This document shows positions 25,786-32,000 of a stretch of DNA of 32,000 nucleotides, in pieces. The stretch is from Promethearchaeum syntrophicum (GTDB taxonomy: Archaea; Asgardarchaeota; Lokiarchaeia; Sigyniarchaeales; Promethearchaeaceae). The translations under genes and the position numbers were made by a program. Location of the stretch: assembly GCF_008000775.2 (NCBI RefSeq), contig NZ_CP042905.2, positions 3,510,001-3,542,000 of the forward strand. The letters are read 5' to 3'. Within the stretch, counting starts at the first letter, position 1; every line of letters starts with the position of its first letter. Below the pieces are notes generated by a model. The model ran no database searches. It was not told where the DNA came from and saw only the letters and a program-made list of their open reading frames with translations.

Positions 25786-26703
25786 TTAATTGACTTTTGT
25801 TATTCTATTCATTCCCATTATTAAGATATATCCTATTAGCGGGCCAATCACTGCTAATAAAGGTTGATACCATATAAAATTGATAAACATATATCTGACT
25901 GCGATAATTGAACTTGAAAAAAGAATGGTGACCACAACAAAGATTAAACTCCAAAGAAATTCTTCCCCCTTCCCATAAATTTCCAACTCTCCTGATTCTC
26001 GCTTTGGGATCTTGAAAACAGTAAAATATAACCACGAAACCATTGCAATGCCTATGATCATTGACCAAAAAACATCACTTGGGTAATGTTTAACAGCAAC
26101 AACTCTTGAAAACCCCATCAAGATAGCCCATGCAATTGATATCAAAAAAGAAATGACGATTTTCCACGGTTTGTGAGTTTTTGTTATGAAAAAGGCAAAA
26201 GTAATTAAATAAATTGCAATCAAAGTATGACCCGAAATAAAACTACCTTTACTTATCGCATCATCCAAAGAATATTTACCGAATGTCCACATCGGAGAAT
26301 AAAGAGAAAGATCTCCTACCACTTGATATGGTCGTACACGTGCAAAAATCGCTTTGAAAGCCCTTCCAATTATAGTGGTGGATAAACCGACTGCTATCAA
26401 GAAACCAGAATACATTCTCATTGTTTTCATGTATTCTTTTATTGGTTTGATAAATGATATTGGATAAACAATCAAGGATATGATGATAAATATATACGAA
26501 ACATCTTGACCACCAAATCCATCACCATCAAACATAGTACGATTCATAAAAAACGTGATTTTATCCAAAAACGAGCCAGAAATATTCTGTTCTGACCAAT
26601 AGATACTGAAATTTATTTCAATTGGAGCTAAAATGATTGATATAATAATTGAAAACACGAGATACAGAGTTAACAGAAGGAGATTTCTCTTTTTTTTTTC
26701 CAT
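25786..26703 (-). CDS. PAP2-superfamily lipid phosphate phosphatase, paralog 2
   Basis: KAIFARVRP, SFISGHT, SRVVAVKHYPSDV. Same topology and motif spacing as 7731..8597. Confidence 0.85.
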   Translation of the reverse strand: MEKKKRNLLLLTLYLVFSIIISIILAPIEINFSIYWSEQNISGSFLDKITFFMNRTMFDGDGFGGQDVSYIFIIISLIVYPISFIKPIKEYMKTMRMYSGFLIAVGLSTTIIGRAFKAIFARVRPYQVVGDLSLYSPMWTFGKYSLDDAISKGSFISGHTLIAIYLITFAFFITKTHKPWKIVISFLISIAWAILMGFSRVVAVKHYPSDVFWSMIIGIAMVSWLYFTVFKIPKRESGELEIYGKGEEFLWSLIFVVVTILFSSSIIAVRYMFINFIWYQPLLAVIGPLIGYILIMGMNRITKVN

Positions 26704-26758
26704 ATAGATATTTGAAACTTTATATTATAATAAATTTATATTTCATTAGTGAATAAAC

Positions 26759-27325
26759 ATGCAAATTATTACCGAAAACCAATACGAGCAAACGCAAAAG
26801 GAATTTAATCATCTTATTGACATAGGTATCCCACCAGCAAACATGTTAGAAAACAAAATATCATTTACTGTTCGGGATGGTATCGAACATGTAGGTTTTC
26901 TAATGTTAGGAGATTTACTTGTTTTTAAACACGAAACCTCAGTTTTAGAAGCACATCCGTTTCCTGAATGGGTTATACAACTCCACCAAATTGCTAAAAA
27001 AAGTGGAAAAGTATTTGTAATTTTGCCAAAATTTTCGATTAAGCAAATGAAACGTTTAAATAGGAATTCGGTAGATCTTAGAATTGAAAAAACTAAAGAA
27101 ATGCTAGAAAAATTAAATGTGGAAGATTTTATTGCAATTGAATATATTGAGGGAATTAGTATAAAAATTAATGCAAATGTTCCACATGAATTCATAAGTA
27201 TTGTGGGTGAGGGTGAAGTGGTTCCTTATTGCCAAGTTTTCGAACCAGATTTCTCCCATATTTCAGAAACGTTAAAAATTAACTCTACATCATTTTTCGA
27301 TCTGAAAGATAACTTAAAGCTTTGA
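26759..27325 (+). CDS. Hypothetical 188-aa protein, first gene of the PIG-L/ANL operon
   Basis: Coding-like ORF with a TATA-like ctttatattataataaa about 30 nt upstream. There are weak hints of a GNAT-like strand (ISFTVRDGIEHVGFLMLGD) and a cupin-like strand (ISIKINANVPHEFISIVGEG), neither convincing. Confidence 0.55.
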   Translation: MQIITENQYEQTQKEFNHLIDIGIPPANMLENKISFTVRDGIEHVGFLMLGDLLVFKHETSVLEAHPFPEWVIQLHQIAKKSGKVFVILPKFSIKQMKRLNRNSVDLRIEKTKEMLEKLNVEDFIAIEYIEGISIKINANVPHEFISIVGEGEVVPYCQVFEPDFSHISETLKINSTSFFDLKDNLKL

Positions 27326-27331
27326 TGAAAA

Positions 27332-28141
27332 ATGAAGTATTTATTTGTATGTGCTCATCCAGATGATCTGGAGTTTAGCTGTGGGAATCTTTTATATTAT
27401 CTTACACAACACGGCAAGGAAGTCGCAATTTTGTCTTTATCTCGTGGAGAATTTGGCATATTTGAACCCATTTGGAAAGGTCCACGTTTAGCAAAAATAA
27501 GATCTCAGGAACTTAAAAGAGCTTCCAAAATTAACGGCATAGAGAAAAAACATGTACATTTTGGTGGAATAATTGATGGTTTTATTCGGTTCACAAAAGA
27601 AAATGTCAATTTGGTTATTACTTGGATAAATAAATTGAATCCCGATATTATTTTCGCCCCCGAACCATATTTTACTTATTATTGGCACGAAGATCATATT
27701 TCAACGGGAAAAATTTTATATTACATTTCAACTAAACTCCAAAATCGATTAAATAATAAAATTCGTTCCCTATATTACTATACTACAGCCAAAGGCAATT
27801 TTTCATGGCCTTTTAACAGTGCAGAACATAGTTTTAAAGCACTTTATGAACATAAGAGCCAAATGTGGCTACTTAAATGGGCGAAGTTATTTTATCCCTT
27901 AGAAAAACATAATTTTAAGAAACAAAAATTAGGTAATTGGAAAATGGTAGAAATATATAGAAGAGTTTCATTTTATGGTAAACAACCAAAAGCTAATACA
28001 ATTGTTCGGGGAATTCTTGGTCTTATCAGTCAACTCAACATTATTAATCCTCCTGATTCTCATTTTATTCTTCCTGATATGAAAACTGAGTTTGGTCAAA
28101 AAGTTAAGAAATTACGCGCGAGATACAAATTTAAAGATTAA
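27332..28141 (+). CDS. PIG-L / LmbE-family de-N-acetylase, copy 1
   Basis: LFVCAHPDDLEFSCGNLL (AHPDD metal/base motif) and WHEDHISTGK (HxDH). 269 aa. Starts 6 nt after the upstream stop. Confidence 0.85.
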   Translation: MKYLFVCAHPDDLEFSCGNLLYYLTQHGKEVAILSLSRGEFGIFEPIWKGPRLAKIRSQELKRASKINGIEKKHVHFGGIIDGFIRFTKENVNLVITWINKLNPDIIFAPEPYFTYYWHEDHISTGKILYYISTKLQNRLNNKIRSLYYYTTAKGNFSWPFNSAEHSFKALYEHKSQMWLLKWAKLFYPLEKHNFKKQKLGNWKMVEIYRRVSFYGKQPKANTIVRGILGLISQLNIINPPDSHFILPDMKTEFGQKVKKLRARYKFKD

Positions 28142-28197
28142 ATAAAATGATCTTTGATAGTCATAATTTTTTTTAAGCTCACCACAGACAGATAAAT

Positions 28198-29130
28198 ATG
28201 GATGAAAAGAAATTTGAAAATAATTTATGGCCACTAAAATCACCTTGGATATATCCACGAGATAATCAATCAAAGAAATTCCTTAAGGTTATGGTGATTT
28301 GTGCTCATCCAGATGATGCAGATCTTTTAGCAGGAGGTTTAGCCTTAAAATTAACTACTCTTGGTCATAAAATAAAATTCGTTTCAGTTACAAATGGTAA
28401 TATCGGTCATTATAAGATAAATCCAATAGAACTTGCCGCCATTCGTCAAAAAGAAGCAAAAGCTTCAGCTCAAGCACTAGGTGCAGAATATGAATCCCTA
28501 AATATTAATGATGGTCAAGTATATGTAAATCGGGAACAGACTGAAAAAGTAGTAAATATAATTCGAAAATATGATCCTGATCTTGTAATTACACACAGAC
28601 CGACAGATTACCACCGAGATCATAGATATACAGGACAATTGGTTATGGACGCAAGTTACATGTTAATTGTTCCACATTATTGCCCCGAAACTCCTGTTCC
28701 CGCATCAAGAAAAATGCCCGTAATTTGTTATGCATACGATGATTTTCAAAGACCATATGCGTTTGTTCCTAATGTTTTATTGGATGTTTCGGATGTCTAT
28801 AAGCAAAAATCAGCAGCATTAATAAATCACGAATCACAAATGATGGATTGGCTTCCATGGACGATGAATCAAGAAGATATGATTCCGGAAGATTATGACA
28901 TACAAAATCGGCTTGAAGTTTTAGAAATGATGATTATTGCTGTCTTTTCGCGAATATTAACAGATTTTCGTAAATTATGGAGAAAAGGTTATCCAGATAG
29001 AAAAGTAACAAAAGCGGAAGCTTTTGAAATATGTGAATATGGTAGACAGCCCAGTGTGCAAGAATTGAAAGATTTGTTTCCGGGAGCATATATTCCTCGT
29101 AAAAAGGATTTGAAGGAGATGCTAAAATAA
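28198..29130 (+). CDS. PIG-L / LmbE-family de-N-acetylase, copy 2
   Basis: VMVICAHPDDADLLAGGLALKL and DYHRDHRYTGQ. 310 aa. Very divergent from copy 1 outside the motifs. Confidence 0.85.
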   Translation: MDEKKFENNLWPLKSPWIYPRDNQSKKFLKVMVICAHPDDADLLAGGLALKLTTLGHKIKFVSVTNGNIGHYKINPIELAAIRQKEAKASAQALGAEYESLNINDGQVYVNREQTEKVVNIIRKYDPDLVITHRPTDYHRDHRYTGQLVMDASYMLIVPHYCPETPVPASRKMPVICYAYDDFQRPYAFVPNVLLDVSDVYKQKSAALINHESQMMDWLPWTMNQEDMIPEDYDIQNRLEVLEMMIIAVFSRILTDFRKLWRKGYPDRKVTKAEAFEICEYGRQPSVQELKDLFPGAYIPRKKDLKEMLK

Positions 29131-29132
29131 CT

Positions 29133-30890
29133 ATGGTTATTAAACCAGAATATAAAAATGGCGTTCCTATGGTAACTTGGAAGATGTATGAAGAAGATTA
29201 TTCTGATCGACATCTTGTTCATGAGGTTATTGAAAAATGGGCTAAAGAAAAACCAAACGAAATTGCTTTTTATGCTGTTGAAACAAATCAAGAATATACA
29301 TGGAAAGAATTTGATGAGAACGCTACATGTATTTCATTAAAACTAATTTCAATGGGGATTAAAAAAGGAGATTTCATTGCGACCTCATTACCCTTCTTAC
29401 CAGAACATATATTTCTCCAATATGCTTGTTTTAAAATTGGTGCTATTCATGTTCCACTAGATATTAGATTAAAACCAACTGAAGTCATACGTTGTTTAAC
29501 ATTAGTGAAAGCTAAGATATATTTCCATCTAGGAAAGACAGATTTCGCGGATTTTGCTGCATTGGCTGAAATTGTAAGAGATAATTTGGATTTTATCAAA
29601 TATTTTATACAGTTTAGCAAACCAGAGGAATTAATAGAGGAAATCGGAACAGCTAAAATAATTTCCGCATGGGAATTTGCCAAAGATGCACAAAATCTAG
29701 CACTTCAAATTAAAAATGGCGAACATAAGATATTATTAGAAGAATTCGAGAAACTGCATAAAAATATTCAAGAAACTGATGGATGTCAAGTAATTTACAC
29801 AACTGGATCTACTGGATATCCAAAACCCGCACTTTTATCTCATCAAGGAATCACAGTTCAAAATTTGTGTTTAACCCTTGGATTTAACATGGATGAAAAC
29901 GACATTATGCTTTGCAATCTCCCCCCTAGTCACGTGGGCGGGCAAGCGGAGCAATTAATGTCTCCATTTTTTATCGGAGGGAAAGTAGTAGTTATGGAAA
30001 TATTCAAACCAGATCTTTCTCTTGAGTCTATTCAAAAATATCATGTGACAATTATTGGACAAATTCCTGCCCTCTTCAATTTGGAATGGAGATTACCCAA
30101 TTACAATACATATAACCTATCTTCGTTAAAATTCGCCTTATATGGTGGACAATCAGTAGGAAAACCTTTCCTGGAAAAGATGAAATTGATGGCACCGAAA
30201 TTCGGTTCTGGGATGGGATTATCAGAACTTTCCGGATTCTGCACATACACCCCACTCGACGGAACTGTTGAAGATATTCTAAAGGGTATCGGATATGCAA
30301 TGCCGATTACACCAATCTCTATTAGAGAACCCATGAAAGAGGATTTTACTGCGGGTAATGAAAAACTCAAAGGTGAAATCGGGGAAATTTGCTTCTCGGG
30401 TCCACAATTATTTTTAGGATACGTATCAGATGAAGAAAATTCTAGTAATACCACTAGTAAGGATGGTTGGTGTTATACTGGTGATTTGGGTTCATATGAT
30501 GATGAAGGTTTACATTTTGCTGGGCGATCTAAGCTCATGATAAAACCAAAAGGATATAATGTATATCCTCCTGAAGTGGAGAACTTTCTAATGAATGAGC
30601 TCAAAGATAAAGTTGAGAATATTGGGGTAGTTGGGTATGAACATGAAGTATTTAGTGAAGGAATTGTAGCATTTTTAGAAAAGAAAAAAGGTGAAAATTT
30701 AACTGAAAATGAAGTTAATAAAGCCGCTAAAGGACTAGCAGCCTATAAAAGACCATCTTTAATAGTTATTTTGGAATATAATGATCTACCATTAAATCGG
30801 CTTGAAAAAACGGACTATATATCTCTTAAGAATATGGCTGCACAAAAAATCAAAGAATTAAGGAAAAATGGGGGTTGGGATAAAAAATAA
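29133..30890 (+). CDS. ANL-superfamily acyl-CoA synthetase (AMP-forming), paralog 2
   Basis: VIYTTGSTGYPKPALLSH, YGGQSV...GLSELSG, CYTGDLG, GRSKLMIKPKGYNVYP. The ATG is 2 nt after the PIG-L copy 2 stop. By eye it is closely alignable to 24038..25750 over its full length. Confidence 0.9.
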   Translation: MVIKPEYKNGVPMVTWKMYEEDYSDRHLVHEVIEKWAKEKPNEIAFYAVETNQEYTWKEFDENATCISLKLISMGIKKGDFIATSLPFLPEHIFLQYACFKIGAIHVPLDIRLKPTEVIRCLTLVKAKIYFHLGKTDFADFAALAEIVRDNLDFIKYFIQFSKPEELIEEIGTAKIISAWEFAKDAQNLALQIKNGEHKILLEEFEKLHKNIQETDGCQVIYTTGSTGYPKPALLSHQGITVQNLCLTLGFNMDENDIMLCNLPPSHVGGQAEQLMSPFFIGGKVVVMEIFKPDLSLESIQKYHVTIIGQIPALFNLEWRLPNYNTYNLSSLKFALYGGQSVGKPFLEKMKLMAPKFGSGMGLSELSGFCTYTPLDGTVEDILKGIGYAMPITPISIREPMKEDFTAGNEKLKGEIGEICFSGPQLFLGYVSDEENSSNTTSKDGWCYTGDLGSYDDEGLHFAGRSKLMIKPKGYNVYPPEVENFLMNELKDKVENIGVVGYEHEVFSEGIVAFLEKKKGENLTENEVNKAAKGLAAYKRPSLIVILEYNDLPLNRLEKTDYISLKNMAAQKIKELRKNGGWDKK

Positions 30891-30919
30891 TGATATTTCA
30901 AGATAATTTATAAAAACCA

Positions 30920-31414
30920 TTATAAAATTGATTTAAATCTATCTTCGGTTTTTAAAGCAAGTTCTTGGAAAATAATTTTTAATCTCTTGTTAAATTTTTT
31001 AAATTTGCTTGCATCTTTAGTGGTAATATCATATACACTGAATCTGTTTAAAAATTGTATAATCGCATCATCCATACACATGTTTACCTGTTTTTGATTA
31101 GTATCTTTTTCTACAATGCAATAAATAACTAACGGGGGATTTTTTTGCGGTTCGATAAGTTGTAAATGATCTTTTTGCTCGTTTTCCTCATCTGTCGCTT
31201 TTAAGATTTTTAAATCTTTCAATTTAATTAGAATTTTATGCTCACCAATGGAAAAATTTTGAATTTTATCATCAAAAGCAGATTTTGCTAGGGCAATAAC
31301 AGCTTCGGTCAAAACATTACGATCTTTTTGATTTAGAACATCCTCAGATGAATAAAAATATGTTTCGCTTAGACTAATTCCTTTGAATAATATTGCGGTT
31401 TCCAGTATTGTCAA
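30920..31414 (-). CDS. Hypothetical protein; predicted beta-beta-alpha-beta-beta-beta-alpha pattern suggests a longin/Roadblock-like fold
   Basis: 164 aa. Alternating segments ILETAILFKGISLSETYF / NVLTEAVIALAKSAF / NFSIGEHKILIKL / PLVIYCIVEK / VNMCMDDAIIQFLNRF / FKKFNKRLKIIFQEL. A TTG start is forced (TAA two codons upstream, no early ATG), with GGAG about 8 nt upstream. Confidence 0.4.
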   Translation of the reverse strand: MTILETAILFKGISLSETYFYSSEDVLNQKDRNVLTEAVIALAKSAFDDKIQNFSIGEHKILIKLKDLKILKATDEENEQKDHLQLIEPQKNPPLVIYCIVEKDTNQKQVNMCMDDAIIQFLNRFSVYDITTKDASKFKKFNKRLKIIFQELALKTEDRFKSIL

Positions 31415-31543
31415 GTCTTACACTCCAAGTATAATGTTAATTTAGTTGTTGAATTTTTTATATTTAATATTTTAGAATATTTCTAACAATAAGATGTATT
31501 AAATCTTAACGTTATTAGAAATGAAATTGAAAAAAAAGTTTAT

Positions 31544-32000
31544 TCATAATATCATTTTAAACCTTTCAACAAGAATTTTTCCTTCAATTTTTTCGTCTGT
31601 CATTATTTCTACACGTGGATTCCATTCCAATTTTTGTATTTGACAATCATTTTGAAATATCTTAAAAATCCAATGGTAATGGTGCAAAAATTCGAAATAT
31701 TCCTGCATTTCAATATTTTGCCATTTGGAAAAATTTGCAACCCGAATTCTTCTGTCCTTTTCCTTTAAATCATAAACACAAGTTGGAACAAACCCACTAC
31801 TAGTAATAACCTTCATAATTGCAAGATTTCCAACCATGGATTCAAAATCTTTAAATTGTGAAATTTGAAGTGTAATGTTAACGGATTTCATTCGATTGGG
31901 GTTTACATCATTTAAAAAATCTAAATTATTAATCGATTCAATTGCAATTGCTAAATTTCTTGAATCAGGGGCACTATAATTCGAATATAAAAATTTCTTT
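31544..32000 (-). CDS. Hypothetical protein, N-terminus truncated by the window edge
   Basis: The reading frame of the 31544..31891 track ORF stays open upstream to position 32000 (..KKFLYSNYSAPDSRNLAIAIESINNLDFLNDVNPNRMKSV..), so the Met at 31891 is probably internal. No family recognised. Confidence 0.45.
   Translation of the reverse strand, partial: KKFLYSNYSAPDSRNLAIAIESINNLDFLNDVNPNRMKSVNITLQISQFKDFESMVGNLAIMKVITSSGFVPTCVYDLKEKDRRIRVANFSKWQNIEMQEYFEFLHHYHWIFKIFQNDCQIQKLEWNPRVEIMTDEKIEGKILVERFKMIL

Noticed and set aside
597-30454. Antisense or shadow ORFs in the track: 597..845, 1814..2104, 4006..4227, 4723..4932, 5590..5823, 6175..6429, 6386..6619, 6426..6641, 9131..9433, 9277..9471, 10639..10881, 14672..14884, 15933..16124, 17605..17829, 18676..18864, 22104..22427, 24616..24825, 25805..26068, 26809..27195, 27488..27697, 28989..29291, 29447..29683, 30076..30300, 30101..30454
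   Set aside because: Each lies wholly or almost wholly inside a longer ORF, mostly on the opposite strand, that has clear family motifs or a membrane-protein profile. Their translations are compositionally odd (Ser/Pro/Cys/Arg-rich or Ile/Phe runs) and show no motifs, which is typical of shadow ORFs in AT-rich DNA.
1-32000. Mobile element, prophage or genomic-island signatures, and known defence systems
   Set aside because: I could not recognise any integrase, transposase, terminal inverted repeats, tRNA attachment site, phage structural genes, restriction-modification, toxin-antitoxin, Cas, or nuclease/ATPase defence-type domains. The paralog pairs (ANL, PAP2, PIG-L) are diverged at the DNA level, so they are not recent mobile duplications.

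Overview
This is a strongly AT-rich, gene-dense chromosomal segment with about 31 credible protein-coding genes. I saw no rRNA, tRNA, CRISPR array, integrase or transposase by eye. Several signals point to an archaeon: an ADP-forming acyl-CoA synthetase alpha subunit, a DUF106/EMC3-type insertase candidate, Roadblock/LC7, TATA-like boxes about 26 nt upstream of ATG starts (implying leaderless mRNAs), and oligo-T terminators. The combination of Roadblock, a longin-like fold candidate, an LRR protein, patatin and a ceramidase-like gene in very AT-rich DNA is reminiscent of Asgard (Loki-type) genomes, but that is inference only. The dominant theme is membrane-lipid and glycoconjugate head-group chemistry. 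It includes two PAP2 phosphatases, two paralogous ANL acyl-CoA ligases and two divergent PIG-L/LmbE de-N-acetylases. It also includes a neutral-ceramidase-like gene coupled to a patatin lipase, a DUF1624 (HGSNAT-like) membrane acyltransferase candidate, an MFS transporter, a HAD hydrolase, an alpha/beta hydrolase, a SAM methyltransferase and an ICMT/PEMT-type fragment. The best candidate for an undescribed system is the block 24038..30890 (ANL ligase, PAP2, unknown 188-aa protein, PIG-L, PIG-L, ANL ligase), read as a deacetylate-then-acylate remodelling module. Two fully uncharacterised operons are also worth a look. One is 13388..16363 (unknown protein, alpha/alpha-toroid protein, LRR plus zinc-ribbon protein). 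The other is 16508..20711 (glycosylatable ectoprotein, 12-TM repeat protein, insertase). Non-coding oddities are a 43-bp tandem duplication in the 4407..4531 divergent promoter and a 330-bp ORF-free convergent spacer full of palindromes. All family calls rest on motif recognition by eye. No searches or computations were run.
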